A stretch of DNA of 64,000 bases from Sphaerodactylus townsendi (lineage: Eukaryota), in assembly GCF_021028975.2 (NCBI RefSeq), contig NC_059432.1, positions 72,540,001 to 72,604,000 of the forward strand, given 5' to 3'. The position numbers and the translations under genes were made by a program. Of this stretch, positions 14,009-27,383 are shown one piece after another (position 1 is the first letter of the stretch; the number at the start of each line of letters is the position of its first letter). The notes beneath the pieces were generated by a model. The model had not been told where the DNA came from and ran no database searches. It saw only the letters and a program-made list of their open reading frames with translations.

Positions 14009-14846
14009 GATGGATTCCATACAAGATAAATATAATGTCTTTAGGATGTTATAAAAACATGCAGTTTGCCATTTTGTGTTCCCATAGCATGGAAGAATGC
14101 AAGCATTGCCAGCAAAAATAGACCTTTTCCCCCACCTGCTGCATAGACCTCTTGTCAGTTTCACAGTTGTGTACACAATTTTGTGTACTGCAGAGGATTT
14201 TCTGTGAAGATTTCCCACAGTTTCCTCTGCTTGCAGTTCATCCATTTGCTATTTCACCGTAAAAAACAGATGAATAAAGTTTGTTTTGTCTAGCATGTGT
14301 TGTTTTTCCTTTTTTTTTGTTTTGAGAGCAATATCTGCAAAGATACAGTGACACAATTAGAGAAGCTGCAATATGTGCATATTTGTGTCACTGTAGCTTC
14401 ACAGACAATACCCTCAAAACAAAAAAGGAAAAATGGCACATGTACAGGATTGCTAGGCAAATCAAACTTTATTCATCTACTTTTTACACCGAAATTGCTC
14501 GCAGGTGAGCTGCAAGCACAGAAAATCTCCTTGGGAAATCTTCATGAAGAATCTGTTGCAGCACATAAAATAGCAGGTGCAAGTGGTAAAAATGAAAGTA
14601 AGAGGTTTGGGCAAGATAAATAAAGTGTTTCCTGCCTTCTTGTGTTCACTTAGCAGGCAGAAAACATCTTCAACCCAGGTTGTGGGGAAAATATTGCTAG
14701 TTCAGCTATTTTTAAAAAAAATGGGTTGAGAGGAATATAATGGGCTGAAGTCATTTTGGGATAGAGAGGGCTCTGCAAAGTTCTTCCCCCCCAAAGTTTT
14801 TATAACATCCTGAAGATATTATATTTCATGCTGTGCGGAATCCATC
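14009..14846. mobile_element. About 840-bp foldback (inverted-repeat) element, probably a PIF/Harbinger-type MITE
   Basis: Ends GATGGATTCC...GGAATCCATC; arms are imperfect reverse complements over most of the length; flanks tag/aag. Confidence 0.7.
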
Positions 14847-15322
14847 AAGAGCTGGAAATGTTTGGAGGTTGGAGCCTAGGGAGGACATGGTTTGGGGAAG
14901 GGGAGGGACCTCAGCAGGTTGTAATGCTATAGAGTCCGCCTTCTAAAGCAGCCATGTTCTGCAGGGGACCTGATCCCTTGAAAGCTCATGCTGCAATAAA
15001 GCTGTTAGTCTTTAGGAGGGCACAAAAGTCTGGTTTCTTGTTGTGACAACAGACTAACATGTATGCCACCCACTCAAATCAGCAATAGGGTTTATTCTGA
15101 GCATATGGTATGTTGCAACCTTCCTTTGAATACAACCACCCCCTAAACCCAGTTCCTCATGGAAGCAGCTTACTCATTTCCTTGTGTGCTATTTTCCACT
15201 CAAACTGAGTTGTTGAAATTGCCAGTCAGAGAGACGGGACATGTGATGAATGTGTAAAACAGGATAGTCAGTGAATGTGACCATCTAGGGAGAAAGCAAG
15301 TGGGTTGCTGCAGCTCAAAAAT

Positions 15323-15464
15323 TATAAATAGTCATAAATGTTTGCAGCCTTACCTACAGACATCTCGATAGGTTGAAGGAATGTCAACATTGCCAACCCA
15401 GGCCTTGTCGTAGGTGGTACCACAGGCTCCTTTCACCTCCATTACTGAATTGCATATCTCAAAG
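15323..15464 (+). promoter_or_regulatory. TM4SF19: Candidate TATA box and non-coding first exon of TM4SF19
   Basis: TATAAATA at 15323-15330, consensus AAG|GTAAGT donor at 15465; the first coding exon has an acceptor (18120-18121) upstream of its ATG, implying an upstream exon. Confidence 0.45.
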
Positions 15465-16232
15465 GTAAGTGGAAATGGTGAAGAATGGTTTTCCATTGAA
15501 GAATAATTCTAGCACAGGAATATCCAAGAAGGTCAAAGATGTACCTGCAGCAATTGTCCTGCTGAGCTGTAACCATTATGTGCAGACAGGTTCTTGAGTT
15601 TCTGATGCATGTACAGTGCTAAAGGAAAAAACCAATTAAAAATTGCCTAGGCAAGTCCTTTATTCTAAAACTTGGAATGTTTTACAAGTGGTAGCACAAA
15701 AATAGTCCTCAGGACACACCTAGCAATAATCTATAGTAGTTTAATGCAGCATTTGATATGTAAAAAGAAGATGCTCCAAAAGGACTCTGGCTTCCCTCTA
15801 TAGGAAGATATATATTTGTAAGAAGATTAGTTCTGGAATTTAGGATGTTGCCAACATCTAAGGGATGTTGCCAGCAAATGTAGTAGCTGTTTTGTAGGTG
15901 TGGGCCCATAGGTCAGTGGTAGAGTATCTGATTTGTGTTCAGGTTCAATCCCCAGCACCTCCTGTTAAAAGAATCAGGTTGCAAATGTTGTGAAAGACCT
16001 CTCTACCTGTTTTCTCTGAAGATATCAGTTTTATAATGTTGAGATCTAATGAGATAGAGTTGATGGGAACTTATTTCTTATTTGAGGTTGAATCAATCAT
16101 GTAAGAATAATAGTAACAGTAAGAACATTAATTTGTTAATGATTAACATACAAGAAACTGCTTATTATTGATGCTTTAGAGCCATTGCCAGAAGGCAGTG
16201 AATTTTAAAACTGTGTAATGTTCTCTCTAATC

Positions 16233-16877
16233 CAGGGGTCCCCAAACTTTTTAAACAGGGGGCCAGTTCACTGTCCCTCAGACTGTTGGAGGGCCGGACT
16301 AAAAAAAACTATGAACAAATTCCTATGCACAAATGATTGCAAAATGTTTGATTTCACCTTTCAGCCTTTCTGTCATGGTCTATTTTTAGAACAGTGACCA
16401 AAGTATGTCAAGTACAGGGTGGGCTCCAAATATTGTTGGGGAGGCTGTGGAATACCTTCCCCTGTAAAAAAAAGCAGAACTTTCCCAATGAAGCATTCCA
16501 TCTAACCCAGGATCAGGTATTTTCCTGGGTTCTTTCCTCCCTCTAGCCAACCAAATAGCGATTAGCCAGCCTGGCTGATGACCAATGGGAGTGAGAGAAG
16601 CGGAACAGAAAGCCTGAGAGCAACACATGGAGTAGCCGAGAGGGAAGGGTGGAGCAGGAGTTGCCACGTGTAAGGTTTCCAACTCTGGGTCAGAAAATTC
16701 ATGGAGATTTGGGGGTGCCATCATGTAATTGCAATCAACAGCCGTTGGGGCCGGTTCCTCCTCTCGCTCGAGCCCCCACTGCACATGAATGGAGCCATCA
16801 CCGCCATGCCTGGCGGGCCGGATAAATGCCTTCAGGGGGCCACATTTGGCCCCCGGGCCGTAGTTTGGGGACCCCTG
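16233..16877. mobile_element. Non-autonomous hAT element resembling OposCharlie1 (OC1)
   Basis: TIR CAGGGGTCCCCAAACT, perfect 8-bp TSD ctctaatc; subterminal sequence matches OC1 ends as I recall them. Confidence 0.85.
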
Positions 16878-16923
16878 CTCTAATCATATCAATTTTGTAA
16901 TATTGAGATCCAATGTGCTAGAG

Positions 16924-17070
16924 CAGGGGTCTGCAACCTGCAGCTCTCCAGATGTTCATAGACTACAAATCCCTTCAGCTCCTGCCAGCCCCTGAATTGG
17001 CCATGCTGGCAGGGGCTGATGGGATTTGTAGTCCATGAACATCTGGAGAGCCACAGGTTGAAGACCCCTG
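16924..17070. mobile_element. Second copy of the short palindromic hAT MITE seen at 8568
   Basis: Same TIR and internal sequence; ctagag-containing flanks on both sides. Confidence 0.88.
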
Positions 17071-18136
17071 TCTAGAGTTAATACTCATACAGTTCCTGGG
17101 TAGCTGTATTATTTTTCTTTTTTTCCCTGATCTATACTTTTTTTGTCTGTCAATTTTAATGAGAAAATTAATAAAAATATTATTTTAAAAAGTATATCTA
17201 GCTGAGACTCCAAACCCCAGTGATGCCTCTCAGAGTAGACACTACTGGTAACAGCATAGTCCTAAACAGAGTTACACCTTTCTTTGCCTATTCTCAGAGA
17301 AGGGTATATTTTATTTAGGATTACACTGTAAGGGTTTGCCTTAGTATAACTCATTATCATGTGTACAAGTCATGTAACTTTAAATCCAAATACACATTTT
17401 TTCCCTCAGACGAGACACACTGCCTTGATGGTGCAGTGCAGTAGATTATGAGAAGTTCCTAAACTCAAATGCTGCCTGAGTCCTTCTACAATTACTGTGC
17501 CAGTCAGTAGCAGATGAGAAGTTGCAAATAGTTAAGTAAATTATACAAGCATAGGGGAAAATAAGTCATACTGGATCGCATTGGACTAAACATCACAGAT
17601 TTTGGAGCTCTTGTTTTAAAAAATCAGTGGTGCTATGGGACTTTGTAAGAAATGGATGACTAAGCATTATGCATTATCAGAGTCTTTCTTCTGGCAGGAG
17701 GAAAAATAGCAAAAAATAGAAAGCCTCTTCTATGAGGTTTTAGTAAAAGTCTAGTTAGAAGTATTTGAATAGGAAGTGGTTATGCATTCCTAGCCCTTTT
17801 GAGGCTGAAGGGGTACACAGCCCACATAGGACAAATCAATGGTTTGGATCTATCGGAGTGTTTTTGCAGATTTCCACCTGTAGGACATAATGTTCTCCCT
17901 TTCCCCCTCCTACTGCAGCCTGAAATGCCCCCTTAAAATATAGAATTTTGGAGGAGTTATTAGTGGCTGGCTGCAGAGTATGTGGGGAGGTAAGAAAGCT
18001 GAACTCTGCAGAAGAAGATCCAAGCTATTGTTTCTCATGTGAGATTAACTCAAGTCAGACTGGATTGAAACCACATGAAGAACACAATAACACTTCTTCC
18101 TTTCTTCACTCAATTTTGCAGGGCTGTCTGCTGGTG

Positions 18137-18313
18137 ATGTGTGTGGGGACGTGCAGTCGAATTTTAGGCCCATGTCTCTTTACCTTGAGTATGCTTTCCA
18201 TCGTTGCTAACATTTTCCTACTCTTCCCCAGCTGGGAATGGCAATATCTTACAATGGGACGCATCACTAAAAATGCTATTATAATACCAGGAGTGTGGGG
18301 AAGTGGACTACTG
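18137..18313 (+). CDS. TM4SF19: TM4SF19 (L6 family) coding exon 1 (MCVGTCSRILGPCL...GVWGSGLL)
   Basis: L6-family MCxGxC start, ANIFLLFP, GxWGSGLL; CTG|GTAAGT donor; same orientation downstream of UBXN7 as in human. Confidence 0.9.
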
Positions 18314-19917
18314 GTAAGTGGACATGTCAAGTATTTATCCACCCATTTTCCCGATTTATTTAGATTACACTACTTGCTGGACAATCCTGATCCTTCTCTG
18401 TATGATAGTGGCAGACTTTCTTCTGGAAATTACTAAATGCCAGTAGATTTCCTTCCACTTAACATTTATTTCCTGTACTGTATATGTTTTTTAATCAGTT
18501 TTTTACTATTGTTGTACTGTTGTCCATGCCAATAAAGGCTTGCTGATTGATTGGTATCCACCCATTTTTTAATCTTGCATTCCTAATAGGGAACTCAGGA
18601 TGGCATACATAATTCTCTGTCGCTTTTTAATTTTCTCAACTACTCTTGGCTCAGGGTCATCTGATGAGCTTCACCGTTGAGAGGGGATTTAAACTTCAGT
18701 GGCCCTAAGACTAGTTTGATACTCCAGTCTATTACTACACAATATTATCAACTTCATGCTTAAAAGAGGCTGCTTAGCAGATATTTCTTCTCAGGGAACC
18801 CTTGGAACAGTAGTTTTGTGAAGGGAGCTTGGGTTTTCTAACAGCACGTACTTGAAGTTTACATTGGTAGAAAGCTAACATAATTGTTCAATGTAGATAA
18901 ACATTGCATAATTAACCTCTTAAACTCTTCCCACACTATTATGCAAAGTGTACTCCAACTTCACTTTAGCTATTGTGCAAGTGGTATTCCAATTCCAAAA
19001 AAAAAAAAAAATCCACTCTTACTGTTTTTGACACTCAGGGTGGAAAATAATCTGGGGGAGGGGGAATCTCTCTGCCACTCTCTAAATCACCTGACTGGGT
19101 GTACGTGTAATATAAGTTGAGAGTGTTATAAAACACTCTTTTAAAAGAGTGTTATAAGTTATAGAGTGTTATAAAACAGCATGTGATTGGATTGGGGGCA
19201 GAGAAATTAACTTTATTGCTCATCAGTCATTATTTTGCCAACTGTATTCATCAAGGGGTAGAATGTTATTTCGCAGTGCAGTTACAATGAAGGATCTGAA
19301 GAAAGCATCACAAATTTACAGTTATTTTTTATGGTGGTGGTTTTTTGCTTTCATAAGCCACCTTTCAGACAAAAGACAAATAAGAACAAAATATTAACAA
19401 TAATTAATGAACATAAAACCAATAAAATTGAAAATATGATTACAAAATACAGTTACATATTGTTAATAAAGCTAATTCTGAATATGTCCCCATCTGTGGA
19501 TACTTAAATTTAGAGACTAGTACTATGTATAGACAAGCCAGGTCTTTCAATAAACCTGAGAACTCCAGAAAAATTTGGGGAAAAATAGTATGTTGGGGAT
19601 AAGCCCCCTTTCCAAATGACAAAAGCAGAGCATGTAGCTTTGAGATATGGGTGCCCTCTGAGATCTCAGTATCTAATGTAGGGGTTGCTGGAAAAACATA
19701 TAAATATTACCAGCCTTCAAGTCTTGGTTGTGGAAAGGGCCTTTTCCGTTATTGTTTTGGCCTTCCAGTCTATGTCTGCTCCCTTCTCTCCTGCCCTGAA
19801 GGGAGATCTCTTTAAGGTCATACTTGGCAGCAACCACCAGGTGACACATTGCATTCATCCAGGCTCAGCCATATTCACTTGGCAACCCACTACTATTCAA
19901 CAGCAGCCTCCACATGC

Positions 19918-20138
19918 AAGCCAGTGTGGTGGAGTAAGAGTATCAGACTAAGATCTGACAAACCCAGATCTGAATTCCTGTTCTGCTAGGAATGGGTGAT
20001 TTTGAGCCAGTCTCACTTAAGCTCTGCATAACCTCATAAGACTGTAGTGAGAAGGAAATGGAGTAGAGGAAAATGATATGAACTGGTCTGGGTCCTCACT
20101 GGGGAGAAAGGCAGAGTATAAATGAATTCAATAAATAA
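19918..20138 (+). mobile_element. Degenerate tRNA-derived SINE
   Basis: tRNA-like A/B-box head and (AATA)n tail; similar to the copies at 34094 and 44105. Confidence 0.6.
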
Positions 20139-20569
20139 TAGATAAAGCTGAAGACTAGGGTGGTATGGAGGATTTAATGTACTGGAAGGAGAGAAGGAAA
20201 TAGTGAAAGCAATGATAAAGGAGGTGCCAAGAGAAAGGAAAGAAGAAATGGGATAGGAAGGGAGATACAGGGGAAAATGAGATGTGGATCCTTATATCTG
20301 GAGACTGGGGCCTGTACAGAGAAAACAGACTTTTCTACAGTCTTACCCCACCCAGGTTTGCAGTAAAAAAGAGGAAAGCCTCTTTCCCTGAGATTTCTCC
20401 TCTCCAGTGAGTTCCTTGTGGGTTCCCTGCTTGAGGTAATGAAATTTAGTATTTATGCTGATTTCAGAACTGCAATATCCACACCCCCAACTGTATCAAT
20501 GTCATAAAAGAGTATTTTGAAACTGGGCTTTACAAATAGTAAACATATATGCATTTAATGCCCATCTCC

Positions 20570-21237
20570 AGCTTGGACTACTATCACCTCCATATTGGAT
20601 TACTATAACTTGCCCTGTGCAAGGCTGCCCTTGAGATTGATTTGGAAACTCCAACTAGACCAAAATGCAGCTACATGGGTCCTTATGTGTGACAAGCATA
20701 TATCCATCTAGTGTCCATCAACTGCACTGGCTTCTGGTAGAGGTTTTTGGTATTAACCCTTAAAGTCATAAGCAGTCTGGAGCCTTCGTATCTGCAGGAC
20801 TGCCTTTCCAAATACACTCTCCAGAGAGCACTTTGCTCCATGAAGTGGTCCCTGGCCCAAAAAATAGCTGGCTGTCCTTGTCCAGGGCTAGAGCCTTTTC
20901 AGATCTGACCCCAACTTGGTGGAATGCTCTGTCAAATTAGACTCAAACCCTGCAGGATCTATTACAGTTCCACAGAGCCTGCAAGACAGAACTGTTCGAT
21001 CAGGTCTATGGTTGAGGGCAGCAACCATGTCCAACATGGCTGGCTTCCTTTTCCCTTCTTTTCCACTCCTTCTCCTTCCCTTTCCCCTTTAATTCATTTC
21101 CATTAGTTAATTATTGGTCATTCTGGTGCCACAGTACTGATTGGAACTGGGTTGTTTTAATTATAAATCTATTGTTGTAAGCCACCCCTGAGCCTGTCTG
21201 AGGGAATGGCAGCCTATAAATAGAATTATAAATAAAT
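20570..21237 (+). mobile_element. Old L2 LINE 3' fragment in the TM4SF19 intron
   Basis: Decayed LDYxN...GLPL...KLQLxQNAA coding trace; tail tgtaagccacccctgagcc...ataaataaat. Confidence 0.75.
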
Positions 21238-21354
21238 GATGAGGAAAGAGAACTCCACTTTTTGATTTTAAAAAGTAAGAGGGACCCTTCAGGAGCTCTA
21301 ACCATGATTCCTGGAGAAGATGGCCACTAATTTTGAATCTCTTCTCTTTTACAG

Positions 21355-21432
21355 GTCCTCCCTGGCGCCATTCACATCACAGCTGTTGGGTGGAGATGGA
21401 ACAGTGTCCGCAACTCTGGAACTTGTCAAAGT
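21355..21432 (+). CDS. TM4SF19: TM4SF19 coding exon 2 (VLPGAIHITAVGWRWNSVRNSGTCQS)
   Basis: ttttacAG acceptor, AGT|GTAAG donor, 78 nt, phase 0/0. Confidence 0.85.
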
Positions 21433-22434
21433 GTAAGATTGTGGCTCATCCCACTGATGAAAGGTTTAATAGCAGGGTTTAACTGTCTGATTTGTGTGAC
21501 CTTTGAACTCTGTGCCATTCAGAACTTTGCCGGTTTTCATGTTACAGCAAAAGTGACAGTAAAAAGACACTGAAGAATTCATCATTTTAAAAGCAAGCGA
21601 AAAGTGTCTGGCAATTGGCAGGGAAAAAGCTGTACATATATTTTTCTTGAACTTCAAAGCAAAGAAGCTTTCTAAGAACAAGGATGTATTGATAAGCATA
21701 GCTTTTTTCATTCCCTGGTCTGGAATGAAAGACAACAAATAATGCTGAACTATTACAATGCCTCCAATATGGCCAATGGAAATGTCAGCCCTTGTACCAA
21801 TGATATGAGGTGTATTAAACCATTTCTTCAGACTAGGCAAGAACCAAACCTGAGTCTGCTAAGTAATGACTGAAAGATCTGAGGACAAAGGATTTTTATT
21901 GTTCCCATAAAAGTCAGAACAGGACAAAGTACAGCTTTCTCAGTCATAGACAAATCATGAAACATGATCCAAAGGAGTTTTGTTGTGGTTGTTGGGTTGG
22001 AGGGGGAAGAGGAATACAAATTCAGTTTGGTAAAAATCGTAGCTGTAAAAATAGCCAAAAAACCCTTAAAAGTGGAAACAAATATTTTTGATAAAAGAGT
22101 ATTGCCTCTCAATTGAAGAATTTGAGGCACAAGATTCCAGTTATGGTTTCCTTTGGATTGTAAGTTTATCATATTTTGATCAAAATCAGTTGAAGCTACA
22201 TTGAAAAAATTATGGAAACCTTTCCCCAGATGAGACTTGAAAGAAGGGCAGGGCGGACTTTGTATGAGGACAGTGTTCTTACTTTTCTTCCAAATGGTTC
22301 CCCTGACCAGTTGTTGAGTCATAATTACTGTATTTGCCAGTCTGTGATACATTGCTAGAGAAATGAGGTTAAATGGTACAACTGAAGAGGTCTCACATGA
22401 TCGAGATTCATTTCTGTGTCTCTTTTGCCCACAG

Positions 22435-22616
22435 ATGTTTCTCTCCATTGTATTGTCAGCACTGGCTTTGCTGGGATCAGCTGCTTGCTTTGTTTTGAGC
22501 GGTGTAGGTGTAACAGAAGGACCGCTCTGTCTCTATAATTCCACCTACAATCAAAGGAAGATTCAGCAGTGGGATTATCCATTCCGCATTATGGACACTG
22601 CAGACCTGAGTAGCAG
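22435..22616 (+). CDS. TM4SF19: TM4SF19 coding exon 3 (MFLSIVLSALALLGSAACFVLSGVGVTEGPLCLY...WDYPF...)
   Basis: acAG acceptor, AG|GTAAG donor; GPLC and WxYPF motifs of the L6 family. Confidence 0.92.
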
Positions 22617-23558
22617 GTAAGGAGACTCAGAATTCTTGGGCCAGCGCCCAGCTTATATCAGAGCCCAAATGGAAATTCAAAGAGTGATCACTTTTTCGTC
22701 AGTTATGAAACACTGGAATAATCTTCCATAGCAGTAAAAAGGATCTGTGAATGGTGTCTTCATGTAAACCAAGAAGCAAGGATATCCATATAAGGAAGAG
22801 GGAAAAATTAGACCACCAAACTGGCAATCTTTTTAAGCCTGAGCTGGCCCAGAAGAACGAACCTGTGGCATGAGCCTCCTGTTCACAATGGTTTTTGTTT
22901 TCATTTTAAGTTATTGTTAAACTGCTTTGAATCCCCACTGTTTAAGTGTTCAGATGGATCAATAAGATACAGGAGCACTGCTACAGTCAGGGGAAGTTTG
23001 CCCCTTCATCATACTGGGAAGAGTCCTGACAAGTTGCTGCCCAGGTGGCCTCCTTACCCACTGTTCAAACTCTGTCATAAACTGCCATAATGGTGTGTCA
23101 TCCCATCCTCAGGACCACCTGGTTCAAATGCAAGCAGGAGGAGGATATGATGGGTAAACTATTATCACTAGGGACCAGGTCTGAACCTAGCAGGCCCTGA
23201 AGGACTGTTCAGTTCAGTCTGCCCTAGCTAGATCTAGTCTATAATCCCCTTTTCCTACAGTGACCAATGTATAGGCCAAAATGTCACAGAAGGCCTATAA
23301 ACAGAGACAGAGGCCAAAGCATTCCCCTGTTGTTGCATCCCAGGAAGTGAATTTCAGAGGTACTAAAGTTCCAATAATCTGTCATTAGTATGGGAAGGCC
23401 ATATCTGATAGTAAAACCAGTAAAGCAGTAGATAGCACTTTATGTCCATCTCCCCAGGAAATTCAACTACCTTTTGTTTTAAATGCATGCACAAGGAACA
23501 TCTCCCTGTTGATCTTTTTCCTTTATAGCATTGTTCATTCAAAATCTGTTTCTTTAAG

Positions 23559-23748
23559 GGCTCAGAATTACTTGTACGATCCTACCCTTTGGAACTCAGT
23601 TTGCATCGAGCCCCACAATGTGGTAGCCTGGAATGTTTATTTCTTCTTCACCCTTCTAATCATCAGCATGGTTGAGATGGTCCTGGCTGCTCTTCAGATC
23701 ATCAATGGGTTTTTTGGATGTATCTGTGGCTTTTGTGACAAAAAATAG
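23559..23748 (+). CDS. TM4SF19: TM4SF19 coding exon 4 (AQNYLYDPTLWNSVCIEPHNVVAWN...GCICGFCDKK*)
   Basis: phase-2 acceptor; YLxDxxLW, CxEPxxVVxWN and QIINGxxGxxCG motifs; joined ORF is 208 aa. Confidence 0.92.
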
Positions 23749-26700
23749 GTAATATGATTCAGAAGCGTTTCTTGTTGTCTACCTTTCTCTTGCTGATCCT
23801 TTGCTAGATGCATGGTCCATTTTCTCCATCCATGATCCATCAAGAGTATACTGAAGTAAATGGTAGTTCTAATTATAGCTTGGTTGCTAAAATTCCTTCT
23901 TCTTTTGTAGTCATATTAAGGAAGAATAACCAAAACAGAATGACCAAAACAGACTTTGTCTTGATAAATTAGTGGGAGAGGTCCAAGATGGGAAAGAATA
24001 TGAATCATTGAAGGTCCATTGCTGCTGAGATGACCTGGAAAGGTTTTGTACTAACTAAAGGTTTTGTACTCCACTTCCATGGAGAAAGCAACAAAAAATC
24101 AAATAGAAAATGTCATAATTTAAACAAACTCCTGCTGTTGTGTTTAGAACTGTGAAAAAGGCTGATGAGAAGTACTATGAAACTCAAAAGCTTACCTGCT
24201 CAGTTGGTGCAATATAAAAAATATGATTTTACCTATTTTTATATTTCCTGTTCTTTTGGATGAACATGGCAACCACTGTTTTATACATCTCTCTCTATAT
24301 GAACCTATAAAGAATGATCTATGTTTGTAATCAGTGGCTTTTGTTGTTGCAGGTTGTTCCATATCTGGTTCTTGTGTTGACTGTGAAGAATAAAATGGTG
24401 CTTCCCAGGATGTAATCAGCTATCACTCATCCTTCAATGGAACATATAACATTATCTTCCACAGGAACCTATAAGTCAGCCACTGACAGCTAACCGCTGC
24501 CACCAAGATAGATGTCACTGTGGCATTGAGCTGTAGGCAGGAGATGGGATTCTTAAGTCATGATGAGTTGAACCCTACCATTCTGATCAGCTACTCAGAA
24601 TATTCTTGTGGTATAACAATCCTTTCCAGAGTAATAGGATGCAATTCAATGTTTTTAAAATTAAGTATTCTGATATGTATTTATTTATTTAAACACACTG
24701 AAATTCCTCTACACACCCTTGATTCTTGTACTAAAATGGCAACTGTTATTTCTTTTCTAATCCCCAAAACTCCTGCTAGATGACATCAAGGTACAAAGTA
24801 TCTCTGATACAGGAGACACTGACAGGAGGATTTGGCATGACGTCCAGGCTGTATCAGGCTCTCTAATGGGGCATCCTACCCTTCACGTAGCCCCCTACAG
24901 TTAGAAGGTCAACTCTGGTGAGTTCATGCTGCTTATGGACAAGCCCATGCTGTGGTTTTGCAAGTGGAAAGAAGATCCCATGCAGCTTCAGTACATTAGT
25001 TTGAGGGAGGACCCAAGTTGCATTCTTCAGAGCCAGGGAAGCTAGAAACACACAGAACTTTCCCAGCAAAAAATCAAGCCTGATGAGGGGCAACACCTCT
25101 TTCATTCACATGTGAGATGCTTGAGTTATCCTGATAGACTCCGGAAAAGGGAATTGTCTTCCTTAATGGTTTTCTATTGTCAAAGACAGGCTGATATGGC
25201 AGGAAAAATAAAAATATGGATGAAACAGGATATGGGACCAGCATGATCTTCTCCTCTACTGAAAGAGCCAAGCAGAATATCTCTTGAATATTTAGTTATT
25301 TATTCACAAAATGATGGATTGTAACCTAACTGCATTAGTGCAAAGGCATGCCACTCAAGGCAGATATGTTCACTCCTGTCTTTATATCACCTGTACACAT
25401 GCTGATGGTTCCTAGGCAGCAACCAAGAAAATGTACTTGTAAATACCCTAATTAAGCTTTGCTCCTACCTCAAAACATTAATACTGATGACCACTACTTT
25501 CCACCAATTACAATATTTTCTTCACATTTGCTGAAGTTGAAGGGCAAGTCGTTGCACTTCATTTTTTCAGCAGTAGATTTAAGCGCACATGCTTTCCAAT
25601 ACACTGTAATTGTGATAAGCATGTGCTATGCTTCTTCCTATATGATATTCCAAGGCATGACAGAAAACGGTCACTCCCTCAAATCATTGTTTGTGTAGTT
25701 GAGGATGGTATGGTTGTTGAAGTCCACTGTGAAAGCAAAGAGGATGAATTTAAACTGTTGAACTTTCATGTGCCAAAATATCAAATAAAGTTATTTATTT
25801 TTCTTAAAAAAGGAAATTCAGTGAATGATATTGTTCTAAAATGATATTGTTCTAAAAATGATGTGTTCTAAGACTTCCAGAAGCCACATGCTTCCACACT
25901 ACCTGTTTTTTCTGGGATTTATGCCATTCAGTCACTCATTTATTCCTGAGAGTCCAAACAATATTAATCCCAAACCCATTCATCATCATTCCTGTTTCTC
26001 CCATTCTTACCTCATTTTTCCCAAATGCTGATTTCCTATGATTTTGTGAGCTTCTATCCTAATTGCAACATAATCCTCTTTTCGCTCTTGTTCTCAGAGG
26101 CGTAGCTAGGGAAAATGGAGCCCGGGGGAAACCTGAGTTTTCTGCCTTCCGTACAGGCAGATGCCCTCTCCCACCATTACCAAACAAAGTCACCATCAAA
26201 TTATAGAATATGCCCCAACTCACAAATCTGGGTAAAAGCGAGATACAGGTGATTTTCAACAAATTTTCACAAAGTCATATGATTTTTGCATTGGAATGAA
26301 ATGAAACCACCATGGTTAAAACACACAGATCCTTATGGATCCTCCTGATTTTTGCACTTGGTCACCCCAAAATCACCAGCACATCACAGCTGAAGCCCCT
26401 GGCAACATGTCTGAACACAACAATCACACATCCCATGCTCCATAGCATTGCAGTGGTGCAAAAACCTGCTTGAAAAATATGGATCCTCATGATTTTTTCA
26501 CTGTCACCCCAAAATCACCAGCTGAGCTAGGGGTGGGGGGAGCGAGGCATGGGTTGGGTAGGGATTGGAGAAGGTGGCAAGGAATGTCTAGGAGTGGGGG
26601 AGATGGGGGAAGTGGGGGAAGACACCCGCACAGCAGGGCTGTGAAAAAAAATAAACCAAAATGGCAACCAAGGAATTGTGAAAGGAGGGAAGATGTGCAG

Positions 26701-27229
26701 AAATTTGGTGCTTGAACCGATTCTGATTCAAGCACATCGTAGCAAACCTTTTAAGCTCGGCATATCAACAATTTGAAAAATGCCTAATGTCTCTGCTGCC
26801 ATGGCATCACCCAACCCCAAACAAAAGAGAAACAATTCTTTACATAGTTATTTTTAAAAAATACAGCCCAGTCATGTGTGGTTCTATGTATGATCGAAAG
26901 GAATGCCAAATAATTACAAAAATGAAATATGAGTAAAACAAATTCATTTGTTGTGAGGTGTTGGTGAACGGGCCTGTCACCCAAAAGGTCACTATGTGTC
27001 GCCTTTAACATGCATGTTATACTTTGCCACCACTGGTCTAGAGGATCAACAGCTAAGTGAAGGTCCTTGGGAAAAAAATCCTTTCTCAGGAAAAACCCTC
27101 ATTGCACTATGGTAGGAATTACCTCTGAGTAAAATATGCATAGCATTGAGACTGCAGGGCTGCTAAATTCAATGGTAAATTCTCAAAAACACAAGTTCTG
27201 TATTTTTTTAAATTAGGCCTAACCACTTT

Positions 27230-27383
27230 GGGTTGCCAGCTCTGGGTTGGGAAATTTGTGGAGATTTTGGGACTGGAGCCTGGGGAAGGCAAAGTTTGAG
27301 AAGGGGGAGGGACTTCAGCAGAGTATAATGCCATAGACTCCACCCTCCAAAGCAGATTTTCTCCATCTGGAGGTTGGCAACCT
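27230..27383. mobile_element. MITE with GGGTTGCCA/TGGCAACC ends (hAT-Blackjack-like); related pieces at about 14850-14970 and 54300-54480
   Basis: Inverted termini and shared internal sequence among the copies. Confidence 0.6.

Noticed and set aside
15903-15965. tRNA-like sequence
   Set aside because: No full cloverleaf; degenerate SINE head
21828-22448. 206-aa minus-strand ORF
   Set aside because: Antisense to a TM4SF19 intron and exon edge; no recognisable domain
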